Part shown: positions 23,201 through 38,600 of the stretch, one piece after another | Numbering within the stretch: the first letter of the stretch is position 1 | Layout: each line of letters starts with the position of its first letter | DNA from: Bugula neritina | Lineage: Eukaryota; Animalia; Bryozoa | DNA length: 64,000 nucleotides | Direction: 5' to 3' | NCBI GenBank assembly: GCA_964035545.1 | Contig: OZ037765.1 | Location: 34,744,080 to 34,808,079 of the forward strand | Notes under the pieces: generated by a model | What the model was told of the DNA's origin: nothing | The model's input: only the letters and a program-made list of their open reading frames with translations | Databases searched by the model: none | Position numbers and translations under genes: made by a program

Positions 23201-26200
23201 GAAAAGTACAGCTAATTGTGCCACAAGATGAAAAAATTTGCGTGTCACAGCTTTAAAAATGAGTAGAAATAAAACTTGCAAAGTCTATGATTAGATTTAT
23301 ACAAACTGCTGACAGAGAGTAAGGTAGCAGCAGCAAGGCGGCAGCAATACCTTGTGGTGGAGCAGCGTCTCCTTCAAGTGTACTATAGCTGCTTTCAGTG
23401 CCTTTATCTAAAATTATTTCAATAAATTTCATTTATTTTGTTGTTTCTAAGCTTCTTGTTCCATCATTAGTAAATGAACACATTTCAGTTATGTTTATAA
23501 GTAAACAGTGAGAAGTGAAAACAGTTTATCAATTCTATTCCCAGTATTTCCAGTCTAGAAGAACTAAAATTACAAAATTGCCAGCAAAACCTGCAGATAT
23601 GTGAGAGAGCTGAGGGGAAGGTACTCAGACTATTGTTATGAGGCTAGGTGTGGCCTGCTCTGTGTGATTAGTGGGTGGGGAGGGGCGCTCTACGCCCTAC
23701 TCTAAATTGTTAACACACGCTCTTCAAACAATAGAGAGTACACTACACTAGACACAGTCACATTGTCATAGAGATACACAAGAGGAAGAGGCACATATTG
23801 CTCAGTGTACTGGTAGAGAGAAGAGACAGTGTACTGGTAGAGAGAAGAGACAGTGTACTGGTAGAGAGAAGAGACAGTGTACTGGTAGAGAGAAGAGACA
23901 GTGTACTGGTAGAGAGAAGAGACAGTGTACTGGTAGAGAGTAGAGACAGTGTACTGGTAGAGAGTAGAGACAGTGACAGAGCAGCTACACCTATTATACA
24001 GGTGAGTGTGCTATTCTGTCAGCATTACGTAATCACTGTACTCATTGAAATAACTATACAATGTATCTTTACAATATGTCGTTACAATGTATCTTTCTGT
24101 AAACTCAGTCGCAGTAGTTAAGTGAATTAGCAAAGGACACCTGAGTATAAGATGATGTAAGACTGTGATTGCATCTCGACCACTCGACCACTCACTATTA
24201 TTAGACTAGACATCAATTAGGAAGTAGAGAATACACTACAATAACTCATCTCAGATATTCACACAGCTATTGTCACACAGCTAGTCTAATCCAAGGTATA
24301 GAAAGATTTACAGGAAGTAGATATAAAGTGCAGTACAGCATCCTGTCTGACGACATAGAAAACTCAATCCTAAATAAACTACCCAATGTCCTGTAGAGCT
24401 CAATGGAAAAATGCAGTCACTTTTTTACAACCAATCAGGAAATTTATATTATTTTATAAGTAACGTTACTTTACAAATGGCGAAAAATCTAGTTATACAG
24501 TATAAATACTTTTAACTCTTTCGACTTGTCAGAGCTGACTCACCTTTTCAACATGGTACGTTACGACGTTGACCTTACGTCTCTCCTGGTACTGTGAGGT
24601 AAGTACGGCGAGCCGACTGGCCAGCACGTGCTCCCGACTCATTAGCTCGTGGTGGGTGAAGGTCAAATTGTTGACGTCAATGTCGAGACGGTACTGGCCA
24701 CCGGCGTCTATCGTACCGTCAATATACCGGCTGTCAAACTCTTTGGTTATGGCCTGCAGCATAGAATTCTAAGTTGCAGTAAACTAGCTGACAGTTATTC
24801 TATTTCTTTGGGTTTTGTTTTACTTTACATTGGTCTACTATAGACACAACAGTCACTTGAGTTATCAATTTTAATAGCCAAAACCTATTGATCAGCAAGT
24901 AGGGGGGGGGGGACAGTCAGAGAAATATAAGAGAAGGCTGCCAGGTGTAGGAGAAAGAATTTTAAACAGACTATGTCTGAGGCAGCACGTGTTATGAACT
25001 GAGGCAGCACGTGTTATGCAATCAGCATGTCTAGGCTATCACCTAGCAATGATGTCTGCTGTAAGTTACATCTAATAGACAGGGTAGTTTTGGTGAAGGT
25101 GGATGTATGATGACTCATGATGGTAAATACAGGTTGTTTTAAGAACATACAGGGTGATTAGCATATAATTAGCATGGAGGTATTTCACACACAATCTGTA
25201 TTGTGGCCACACACCAACACACTTATAAAACAAACAACTATTAGCTACGTGCTAGGGTGAGTATGCTAGGGGTGAGCTGGTAGCAATTTCACCCCTTCTA
25301 CTTAACTTCTATGCAGTGAAATCAGTAAAATTTTAGATCCTAGTCAAAGTAAGGTAATGTATGAACTGTAACTTGATTGATTTAGTCAAGAGTAATTTGT
25401 CATTCCATTCAATATGAGTTTTAGTCAGTCATGTTGAAGCTTAGGAGCTGATCATTCCATTTAAATGTTACCAGTAGTAGTTCATCCTTGCAACCATAAC
25501 TTGTGACTGACACAGCCCTAGCACACTTTCACTCACTGATTAGCATCAGTTCAGCTCTAACATAACATGTATATTCTTATATATAACCTACAGTGTGTAT
25601 ATTCTTATATATAACCTACAGTGTGTATATTGTTATATATAACCTACAGTGTGTATATTGTTATATATAACCTACAGTGTGTATATTCTTATATATAACC
25701 TACAGTGTGTATATTGTTATATATAACCTACAGTGTATATATTGTTACAGGTGCATTCACTCATTAATAAAACATTAAGGAAACCTCTTCATGTAAAAAC
25801 CATCTGAATCATTGAAAGAACAAATAATTGCAGGCCTGCAGCTCGGCCAAAATAAAGAGATTTGAGGAGAAAATATAAACATAAGAATGTTGATAGAGGA
25901 TAGAGACTTGGATGCTGTATTATGTCATTATAATTAGATGCATCTGTGTTTCACTCAACTCCTACAATATTTGGTACATAAAACACCTCTGTTTATGTCA
26001 ACTTGACATAACTTGTCAGTATATTCACAACAATTCTCCAATTTGAACAATTAAGGAGACAGCCAATGATTAATAGGCCGTAATATAACTTTATAGTCTG
26101 ATTTATATCCTTTAATCTTAGTGAAAATATTTGTGTGTTTCCAGGCATATGCATCACTTGAACTCCAAATCTGTGAGGATATAGAAGTGTGAGGAGCAGC

Positions 26201-26591
26201 TTTACTGTATACACTCTACACACTTTATACTATACAGTCTACACTCTATACTATACAGTCTACACTCTATACTATACAGTCTACACTCTATACTATACAG
26301 TCTACACTCTATACTATACAGTCTACACTCTATACTATACAGTCTACACTCTATACTATACAGTCTACACTCTATACTATACAGTCTACACACTATATAC
26401 TATACAGTCTACACAGTGTATACTATACTATACAGTCTATGATATGAACCCTCAACAGGAGTAACTCTGTCCGTCAGCAACTGCATTCTGGGTAAGACTG
26501 TCCATTTATCTCTTAATATTTTATTATATACTGCTAACATTTTATTACAGCAGTTATTATATGATATCTATATATTACAGCAGTTATTATA

Positions 26592-26627
<36 letters not shown>

Positions 26628-29600
26628 CAGTGGTTAATACATAATATTTATATATTACAGTGGTTAATATACTCGTATGATATTTATATGGGTAGTACAG
26701 TTGCTGAGAATAATTAGAAGGTGCTGTTATCTTTAACATATAATATATACTATAGAGTGTAGAGTATATACTATAGAGTATAGAGAGAGTACAGAGTATA
26801 GAGTATATACTATAGAGTATAGGGTATAGAGTATAGAGTGTAGAGTATATACTATAGAGTGTAGAGTATATACTATAGAGTATAGCGAGAGTACAGAGTA
26901 TAGAGTATATACTATAGAGTATAGGGTATAGAGTATAGAGTGTAGAGTATATACTATAGAGTGTAGAGTATATACTATAGAGTATAGAGAGAGTACAGAG
27001 TATAGAGAGATATAAATTAATAGAATGATGGGAGATAATTGGCTTGTAACATAATTTGCTATCACTTGGAGGTCTATCAAGAAGCACTTGAAACTGTGAA
27101 ATGTAAACAAGAGGGTCTGGGTGAGCTGTGTTCACATGTGTGCTATGTTGGACGCACAGGCCTGCTCTGTGTATGCTCTGTGTGTACTCTGTGTGACAGG
27201 CATTGTCACAAGTGTCTCCTAATTACCTCTATTTACTGATAAAACGGGTAAATAAGTTGTTAAACAGCTTGTTGGTTATCTCAGCCTACTCGTAGACCAA
27301 CTCTGCCCCCTTGTTTCACCTGAACCAACAATATCCCCTGTCAGCCCTCACCCTACCCTACCTCAGCATGGCTGTCTGTAGAATCTCTACACAACACACC
27401 TTCCTGTAGAATCTCTACACAACACACCTTCCTGTAGAATCTCTACACAACACACCTTCCTGTAGAATCTCTACACAACACACCTTCCTGTAGAAAGTCT
27501 ACACAACACACCTTCCTGTAGAAAGTCTGTATGGCCGGGTCCAACTCCTCGGGTACTGCGGGTCTGCAAGGAACCAACTTGACAGGGTCAGGCAGACTCA
27601 GGATCTCTCCGTCTTCACCAAACCAGCCCTTGCCCTGCAGAAGACAGTGTGACCATTCAGTACCACACCTAGGTGGCTACAGGATATAGTAGTGTGACCA
27701 TTCAGTACCACACCAAGGTGGCTACAGGATATAGTAGTGTGGCCGTTCAGTGCTACACCGACGTGGTTACAGGAAGTAGTTTTACCTGCTGGTCGGGTTC
27801 ATTGAGAAGTCTATTCTCCATCTTGAATCTCTCTTGAGCCATCACCATCGGCTTCCTGCCAACGTACAGTCCCTCCTCGGCCAAGTCCCGCGCCTCGCTC
27901 TCCTCACTTATCTTGTCCGACACCGCAACTAACCAATCAGAACAAAACAACTTTATTCACAACAACCAACCAAATGTCACGTGAGATCAGATACAAGGGG
28001 GCAGAGAGTGAACGGGAGGATGGAGAGGAAGTATCGGGGTTGAATTATGGGCCGTCATGTGTGAAGAGATAATCTTACTTCTCACTGAGACAATCAACGA
28101 GTCCAATACACCCTAAACTCTCTGTGCAAGAAGCACCAATAACACGCCGTGTTTCATACGAGAGTTGCTTGCAAGCAGACGTCTGTTTAATGGAGGAAAT
28201 AATTGAATAGAGAGAGATGTTCAGCAGAGGAGAAAGTCCTTTGATAGCAGACTTTGATGAGAGTGTAGAGCCTGCAGCTAGGAGGGCGTCTGTGACCAGG
28301 TAGACCGATATTCAGGTAGAACTACTGTCACTATTACAAATGTTAATCAATAGAGTAGCGGCAGCGGCAGCAGACAGCCGAGGGCAAGGTCAGCAGTCTG
28401 CTAGTTGTAGGAGACGATTCCCAGGCTGCCTTAACTAATAGAGGAGACCTTCTAGTAACCCTGCGTCTGTTAGACTTCTAGTAACCCTGCGTCTGTTAGA
28501 CTTCTAGTAACCCTGCGTCTGTTAGACTTCTAGTAACCCTGCGTCTGTTAGACTTCTAGTAACCCTGCGTCTGTTAGACTTCTAGTAACCCTGCGTCTGT
28601 TAGACTTCTAGTAACCCTGCGTCTGTTAGACTTCTAGTAACCCTGCGTCTGTTAGACTTTAAATATGTTCCTGTATTATATTATACACTGTAGTATATAA
28701 TACTGTATTATATTATACACTGTAGTATATAATACTGTAGTATATTATACACTGTAGTATATAATACTGTAGTATATTATAGACAGGTGTATATAACACC
28801 GTATTATATTATACACTGGTGTATATAATACCGTACCACACAACATGTTCAGTGTATTGTATATTTCATTAGATATCTAGTAGCATTAAGAACCGTGAAA
28901 TGAAGTCCACAATATGGGACACTAGCAGAGTATTATATAAAGTTATATAATACTTGAATAAACAGCCTAGCCTGTCTGCACAGTAGAATATATGGATATT
29001 GTGTAACACATTACGTTGGCTACCTGGAGCTGATGACGGAACGTAGAACTGTTTCCTCTCGTCTGCTATTTTCTGCTGACTCGGGATGTACTCAGCCCCC
29101 GACATGAACCACAAGCCCGACTCCAGGTCCTCAGTCTCTGAGTTATACACCACAAACATATGACAACAACATTAAATAGTTAAAATACTTGGCTATTTGA
29201 TAAAGAGCTACAACTAGCAATAAATCAAAGAGACGTTCACCAGACCTCCTGGAGTCTAACAGAAATGTTACACAAGTCATGACTAGTAACCAATCAAATC
29301 AATGGTGATACTCCTTTGATCTGCGCATAGCTCAACACAATGTAGTCAACAATTAAAAGTAAAGCAGTGTCAAAAATTAGTTGAAGAGATAAATAAATTG
29401 CATTAATACTAAATGATGGGAGAGCATAAAGCAATGGTTATTTCTCCACTTGAAAGAGTCAGTATTGATATAAATCAATAATCAGTCAGACTCGCTAAAT
29501 GATAGATGACTCGCTAACAGCCAAAATACTTGGAAACAAAATAAAACTACAAGAATGTGTTGCAACAAGACGGGAGAGTTGGCAGAAGAGAGAGAGAGTT

Positions 29601-32600
29601 TCCTTACACTACACTGTACACTGTATTCACCCTGTGCTAGGTGTTAGATTAGTAGCTGTATATTACACTGTATTCACCCTGTGCTATCTGTTTTAGAATA
29701 TCACAAGAGTTCTGATTGGAGGAGAGAAGTTACAGCAGACGTACCTCCCATATACTTACTATACACTTACCATATAGCTAGCAGGTGAGTTATATAGCTT
29801 AATATTCTCTTTATAATGTATATCTACACTACATATATCTACACTATATATATATCTACACTATATATATCTACACTATATATATCTACACTATATATAT
29901 TTACACTACATATATATACACTACATATATCTACACTATATATATCTACACTATATATATCTACACTATATATATTTACACTACATATATCTACACTATA
30001 TATATCTACACTACATATATCTACACTACATATATCTACACTACATATATCTACACTACATATATATACACTATATATATTTACACTACATATATATACA
30101 CTATATATATCTACACTATATATATCTACACTATATATATCTACACTATATATATCTACATTATATATAAACTATACATAAACTATACACACAACACATA
30201 CTATATATATATGATAAACATATTTATAATATATAAGATATATGTTACTAAGTAAAATAAATAATTAAACATTTAAATAGAGTAATTAGAGAACACGTCT
30301 ACAGTAATGAATACAAAGCATAGGGTGTTGCAGCAACACTTAGAATATAGGCCAATTACCATGATGGTTATTAGAGTAATGATTAGAATAGAGATGACCA
30401 TCCTGTGTCCCCTAATCATCATTAACACTGTTATACCAGACAATGAAAGCTAAATTTAGACTACTCAGAAATCCCATTCAACTCTGTACAGAAATACACA
30501 GTAGTATAAAATAACATACACTTACCTTTAGGTACATGACATACACTTACCTTTAGGTACATAACACACACCTTTAGGTACATGACATACACTCACCTTT
30601 AGGTACATGACATACACTTACCTTTAGGTACATGACATACACTTACCTTTAGGTACATAACATACACTTACCTTTAGGTACATGACACACACACACCTTT
30701 AGGTACATATCATACACCTTTAGGTACACGACATACACTTACCTTTAGGTACATGACATACACTTACCTTTAGGTACATGACATACACTTACCTTTAGGT
30801 ACATGACATACACTTACCTTTAGGTACATGACATACACTTACCTTTAGGTACATGACATACACTTACCTTTAGGTACATATCATACACCTTTAGGTACAT
30901 ATCACACACTTACCTTTAGGTACATGACATACACTTACCTTTAGGTACATAACACACACCTTTAGGTACATGACACACACTTACCTTTAGGTATAAGCCG
31001 ACTTGTGTCTGCAGCTGTATCTATATCCTTATCTTCGTCCTGAAATATTTCAACTCCATAAATTAAGAACTTTAGTAAGAGAGTGCAGATGAGGCAGCTA
31101 TAAGGAAACAGTAATTAATAAATCATGGATATAGTCTAATATCATCATAGCATAGCGGGTGGGTAGAGTCTCAATCTGAGACACTTAGTCTATATCTGGT
31201 GAGAATATTGGCTGAGTCATGTTACCTCCAGTCCCTGCTGCTGCTCGGCAGACGTGCTTGCAGCCGGCGCTGCCGCGGGAGTCAGCGAGGCGCGACGTTG
31301 AGCATCTAGCTTGAAGCCGGCTTTCATGGCTGACGTTCTCTTCTCATCCTCCTCCCCTTCATCGTCAAACGTGTTGGTGAAGAACTCAAACTGTTCCTCT
31401 CTACTCGGCATCAGCTAAATACACCAATCAGAAGATGTGAAGCTATGAACCGACCAATTACAAAGTCCGGTACAAGACATGAGCTAGACTGACCAACCAA
31501 AGGGCTGGGGACAACCCAACGCACAGTATGAGCCAATAACAGAGCTTCTACCAACCTCGTTCTTTGTCTTATCAGCCGCCTTCTTCCACTTGCTTCTCAT
31601 CTCCTGACTGCGGGAGAGCTGCTCCTCCACTTCCTGTTGCTCCTTGCTCAGCGCCCCCTCGTCAAACCTCGTCAGAGTGGCCGGTCTGTCTCTCCGCCCC
31701 TTGAGGGTGCGCTGGGGGTGTGCTGCCTCGTCTCTCTCCCTCGCTGCCTCCATCTTACCCTGCATAACACCACTCACTCACTCAGTGACTCACTCAACAC
31801 ACTCAGCTTCAAGTCAACTGGCTTCAGCTGCACTGGAATTCATATGAAACACTCAGGAAGCTAATTCTTGGTAATTCCACCAAATGGAATATTTACCACT
31901 CTAACCTGCACAGCATGCAATGATGTCTAACTTACACAAACTCTTAGTGATTGACAATGTGCATTGATGTCTACACAGATAGGTAGGAGTTGAAGGTCAG
32001 CGCATACTGTGTTCATTACGCTGCCACAATCTAGCCCACCTACCCTACACCTACCCTACACATATTTCAACACCCACCACACTCTAGCAAAGCTAATCAA
32101 AGCCAGCCAGCGTAGTAAACCAGCCTCCTTAACTCTGCCATAATTCAGACCTACTTCAAACAGTCAGTTATAAATTCAGATTTACAATCAAATCACCTTT
32201 AATTATATACCTGTGAAGCAGTTAAGTATATTTCGTTGATATAAAATGTCAATTAGAAAGATAATTTGAAAGTTGCACAATTTTTATGGCTAGTTTCAGG
32301 GCCCACTCGCCATCTACGGGTAATAAATGATATATTAAGCCTTGTGCATCACGCAGAAACACCATTGATGCCATTCAGAGTAAACTTGAAGACAGAAACA
32401 CCATTGATGCCATTCAGAGTAAACTTGAAGACAGAAAGCGTGTAGAACTGTGTATATAGAGTAAACTGCTAGGTGAATAGATTAGCTAGGTCTCACCTTG
32501 ATTCCTGACTGAACTTTGCTCCTCAGCTTCTCTCTCAGAGAGTTGAAACCTTCTGTACTTCTCCTCAACGACCCTGGGAGAAAGAGAGAGCAGTTTCACT

Positions 32601-35600
32601 TTGACTGGGGGATAGAAAGTGTAGTTTCACTTTGACTGGGGGATAGAAAGTGTAGTTTCACTTTGACTGAGGGATAGAAAGAGTAGTTTCACTTTGACTG
32701 AGTGATAGAAAGTGTAGTTTCACTTTGACTGAGTGATAGAAAGTGTAGTTTCACTTTGACTGAGTGGCAGAAAGTGTAGTTTCAGTTTGACTGAGTGGCA
32801 GAAAGTGTAGTTTCACTTTGACTGAGTGACAGAAAGTGTAGTTTCAGTTTGACTGAGTGACAGAAAGTGTAGTTTCAGTTTGACTGAGTGACAGAGAGTG
32901 TAGTGTAATAGCATATCGTAAGATACAATAGTCTTATGCAATGAAACTAATCAACAGCCTAAACAATATCAAACAAATGTCATTTTCCAAAGTGTTATAA
33001 ATAGACACATTCATGACTGATGCCAAATTGCCAACATAAACTAATGACTGAAATAGATGTAACCATGACAACAGCTGTCATGGCCGCTATAGAAGTTATG
33101 TATAAGATAGCGTAGCAGAACCCCACAGAGCTGCATATTAATTGGAGTATAATGATTTCTTGTTTTGGTACATGGGGTAGTGACGCCATAGCCACAGCTA
33201 GCACCAAGAGGGAATGTAATAGGAATAACACAACAGGATTCATCAGCCAAGAATAGCTTCTTCTAATCAATAAAGTTTAATATTAAATGAACAAGTGTGT
33301 ACACACTATAGAATAGAGTTGAGTAACAATATCTGGTAATACGTGACTGCGTGCAACATTCACTAAGGTTACAGAGATCACCAACGTAGCAGGGGGCAAT
33401 GTCACATTATCAACAGTCCAGATCTGAGTATTACACTCACTAATATCCCAAATAGTGCAGACTTAGTCACACTAATATAGATGAGATAGGACATCAAATA
33501 GTGCAGACTTAGTCACACTAATATAGATGAGATAGGACATCAAATAGTGCAGACTTAGTCACACTAATATAGATGAGATAGGACATCAAATAGTGCAGAC
33601 TTAGTCACACTAATATAGATGAGATAGGACATCAAATAGTGCAGACTTAGTCACACTAATATAGATGAGATAGGACATCAAATAGTGCAGACTTAGTCAC
33701 ACTAATATAGATGAGATAGGACATCAAATAGTGCAGACTTAGTCACACTAATATAGATGAGATAGGACATCAAATAGACCAGCTCTCTTAATCCACAATT
33801 ATTTTTATTTTTATATGCAGAGTTAGCTGTAAAGAATAGCACTAGATTGAAATGCATCTCCCTAGATAATAGCTAGATTACCAGGGATTGGTAGAACAGC
33901 CGCTGTATGGGCACGTTGAGATAATATCTACTCTAAAGTAGTTCAGCCAATCATAGAATGGCAGCTCACCTTGAGATGCTAAAAGCTGACTGCTGCCGGC
34001 CTCCTCCACCTTATCGGCAGCGACAGGGCCATCAGCTGTCTCCGTCTGCTCCTCCTCAACCACCTCCGTGTCGGGGAAGCGTCGCACTTTGTCAAACGAC
34101 TTCTTGCGGGCAGATCGTATTTCGGCAGCTACATCGGTGGTGGCGGTGCGCAAGGAGCGGCTGAGCTGCAGCATATAGTACCTACACTGCTGTACTTACT
34201 TTAATACTTACTTACTCCTTGAACAGGAGCTTTGCTTCTTCACTTACTTACTTTTTATAACATCTAAATAACCCGTAGCCCACTTACTTCCTAGAACTTA
34301 CTTCTAGTTTGGAACTTACTTCTAGTTTAGAACTTACTTCTACTTTGGAACTTACTTCTAGTTTGGAACTTACTTTCTGATGCATGTATTAGTGGAAAGT
34401 TTTGTCTTCAATGAATCCATCGCTGTTTACTAATATTTAAAAATTTCAATTCTAGTACTACTGCTACTACTACTACTATTACTACTACTACTAATACCAC
34501 TACCACTACCACTACTACTACTACCACTACCACTACTACTAAGTACCTCCTTTTTCTTTTCTGTTCGCCTATTTTCAAGTTCCTGAACCATCCCATCAGC
34601 TCTGTCCACATCCTCTAACATCTGCAAATTAGCATGTCAAGTACTAAGGCTAACATAAGTACTGTACTGAGAATATCAAGTGCTAAGTAAAGTGAGAGAA
34701 CATATTATCTGTATATTCTTTCACCAGCACCAGCTCTAGAGTATAACGTGTTTATAACACTGAATGCCACTACTGTAACTCATACCACTATTGTAACTGT
34801 TACTATAACTGTTACTATAACTGTTACTATAACTAACACTGTAACTGACACTATAACTGACACTGTAACTGACACTATAACTGACACTATAACTGACACT
34901 GTAACTAACACTCACCCTGACACCTGGTTGATGCCGAGCAGAAGTCGTCTCCTCCATGGCAGCAGCCTACAACACCGACAAACTTGTGATAGCCCGTCCC
35001 GTCACCCCTTACTGAGCTTTGTCTTACAGTGAACACAGTCTAAGCTTTGTCTTACAGTGAACACAGTCTAAGCTTTGTCTTACAGTGAACACAGTCATCT
35101 ACTTGCTTCTAGTAGCTTTCAATTCAAAAAACCTCAGCAATGTCCGTATTTCTACACAATTATATACCCTAGCAGTAGACAAGTAGTCTAGCAGGTAAAA
35201 CCTGAGATCAGGTTGCACTAGAAAGAGTTAATTATTTAGTTTGTTTTTTTAACATTTAATTTTTATTTTCCTTTCTTTTAAATATTAATATCATTTCTCT
35301 ATTTGACATTCCAGCTGGGTAGTGTACTATATTATTTGTAATATAACATAATGATGTACTATATTACTGATAATATAATATAACAGTACAGTAAATTACT
35401 TATAACATATTAGTATGGTAGTGTATAATACACATTTATAATAGAGTATTATACTACATTATTTATAATACAGTATGGCAACATATTATATCAATTATAA
35501 CATAATAGTATATTTCATTATAAATATCAAGAGAGTTAACAGGCACTAAAGGAACAAGTGTCTACAAATATAACTGGCAATCAAATAATTTAGTTTCAGA

Positions 35601-38600
35601 TCACTGTCAGCAAGCTAAATATAGTTACTGCTTGCGTAGAATCTATATTTAGAAGTCCTAATAATTTGTTTAGATGTAAATTCAAACTAACATCTAAAAG
35701 AAAAGTATATCTATAAAACGGAACTGTGCAAACCCTTTGCTAACTGTAATTGTTAATAGAATTTTCATGGTTGCGAAGATAAGATCAATTATCGTTGTAA
35801 CACTTGAGGCGTGACGTTATGCAGTCAATTTGGAGACTCTTAGAATATGCAAATGCAGAGAAGGTGGTGCTAGAGCTGAGTAAATCTTAAGGTATACTCT
35901 GTGATTTATAGTTCTTAGCTGTTAGAACATGCGCTAATTAACACCTACAACTCTCGTGTCAACAAACGTCACAAGAATTAGAAAAAGTGCAACTTAAAGG
36001 CACAAGCAATGATTGCAGTCACTTATCCACTTGATATTAGAGTTGATGAAGTAGTACTTGTGTATTATTAAGTGGAGTTGGCATAAACGTCACATCTCTA
36101 ATCTTCCTACCTATTGTTGGTTAATACTGATTCTTAATAATTAACAAATGCCACTGAATTGTCACTCATAGTGATGCAGTTAAGTTAGCCAGGCTTCGGA
36201 TTGGGCGGTTTGCAATGAATTTACTTTCAAACAGCAGCTTAGCTCAGCAAAGTAAATTAAAGCGCGAGAATAAAATTCTACGAATATGTTTTTATAAAAT
36301 TGGTACCAAATTCATTTACCATTACCAACTGGTAACAAAAATCAGTCTCATAGATATCAGACATTTCAAGCCAGGGAAGGACAAAATAGTCGGAAATACT
36401 ATAAAGTATATACTTAGTATTGGCTACCAGCTGAAAGTAAATTAAAACTTTAATGAATTAGGAGTGATTTCTATGAAAGTTATAAAAAATATATGTATAT
36501 GGCACTAACATATAAATAATAATATATTACTGTAGATTATCTTTGTATATGTGATGCGACACAATATATTACTGGATGTTATTTGTGTACATGTGCAGTG
36601 TGATATGTTATAATATATTACTGGATGTTATTTGTGTACATGTGCAGTGTGATATGTTATAATATATTACTGGATATTATTTGTGTACATGTGCAGTGTG
36701 ATATGTCATAATATATTACCGGATATTATTTGTGTACATGTGCAGTGTGATATGTTATGCTATGCAGCAACAAGTGCATGATTACTCAACGAATTTCCTT
36801 CCCTATTGTTAACTGACAGCTATCTGCATTTAATTCATGTTTCCCTGTGACCTGTAAACTATGTATTTACTATAACACTACACTGAGTAGTTTATACCGT
36901 TATAACACTACACTGTGTAGTTTATACAGTTATAACACTACACTGTGTAGTTTATACAGTTATAACACTACACTGTGTAGTTTATACAGTTATAACACTA
37001 CACTGGGTAGTTCATACAGTTATAACACTACACTGTGTAGTTTATACAGTTATAACACTACACTGTGTAGTTTATACAGTTATAACACTACAGTGTGTAG
37101 TTTATACAGTTATAACACTACACTGGCTAGTTTATACAGTTATAACACTACACAGAGTAGTTTATACAGTTATAACACTACACAGAGTAGTTTATACAGT
37201 TATAACACTACACTGTGTAGTTTATACAGTTATAACACTACACTGAGTAGCTACAGCCATCAAACATTATAGTTTTAAAAATAAGTATTTCCCAAAGGCA
37301 TTATTTTATTAATAGTAAGATAGGAAAGACAAATAGTGACTGTATTTACTATATTATACTATAGTAATATATTATACTGTATATTATATTATACTGTATA
37401 TTATATCATACAGTAGTATTATATCATACAGTAGTATTATATCATACTGTAGTATTATATCATACTGTAGTATTGTATCATACAGCATAGTGTATCACTC
37501 TGTAGTATTGTATCACGTGCAATGAGTTGTAATTACCTCATTGTAATGCAAGTGCCTTGTAACACAAAAAAAGAAAATCTTGCATAAAGTATTTAATTTT
37601 GAAAATTAAATACAGCTGGCTACACATAAATACATTACATACAATATATATACATTATATACAGAGTAAGTGACTCAATGTTATTGCCTAGCCTAACTGT
37701 TTAACACTAAACTGATGTCCCTGCAAAAAATATAAATGCAGCAGAAATTCTCAGCAAATTGCAGTGCAATCTGACATCATTGCTGTAAATTACGTTAACT
37801 TATGTCACGCAGTTTATTAATACCTTCCGAATATTAGTATATACTGTATGTAATATTATATATACTGTATATTATTATATAGTGTATATTATTATATAGT
37901 GTATATTATTATTACATTATGTATATTATTATATAATCTATATTATTATATATTGTAATATTGTATATTATTATATACTGTATATTATTATATACTGTAT
38001 ATTATTATATACTGTATATTATTATATACTGTATATTATTATATACTGTATATTATTATATACTGTATAATATTATATACTGTATAATATTATATACTGT
38101 ATATTATTATATACTGTATATTATTATATACTGTATAATATTATATACTGTACATAGTATTATATAAATTCTGTCAACGTATACACTACATATACACTAC
38201 ATATACACTACATATGTGACCCCAAACCCCCAGGTACTAATAAACAAGCAATCTGAAAAGTTTTCTCAACACTAAAGTGTTGTTTAGTTATTTTTCTAAG
38301 CAACAGCCGGCAGCCACATAGATGACCCCCTATGAACCCCCAACACACCCCCAGGCTGCTTGAGAGTGAAAAGGTTATACCCATGTTGAGTTGGGAGAGG
38401 CAGCGGTCTGGCTGAGGTCAGCGGCTGTCTCCTGGGTGTCCTGCATGGCTCTCCTACGCTGCCTCATTCTCTCCAGCACATCCCTGCGTCAGCAACATAC
38501 ACTGATACACTTACACATATACTATAATATTACTAGATAATATATATTACATATATACTATAATATTACTAGATAATATATATTACACATATACTATAAT

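Noticed and set aside
13229-38167. Numerous Tyr/Ile/Thr/Val-rich ORFs (e.g. 13479-14027, 18953-19663, 26587-27135, 36847-37272)
   Set aside because: All coincide with intronic tandem arrays or are antisense to CC2D2A exons.
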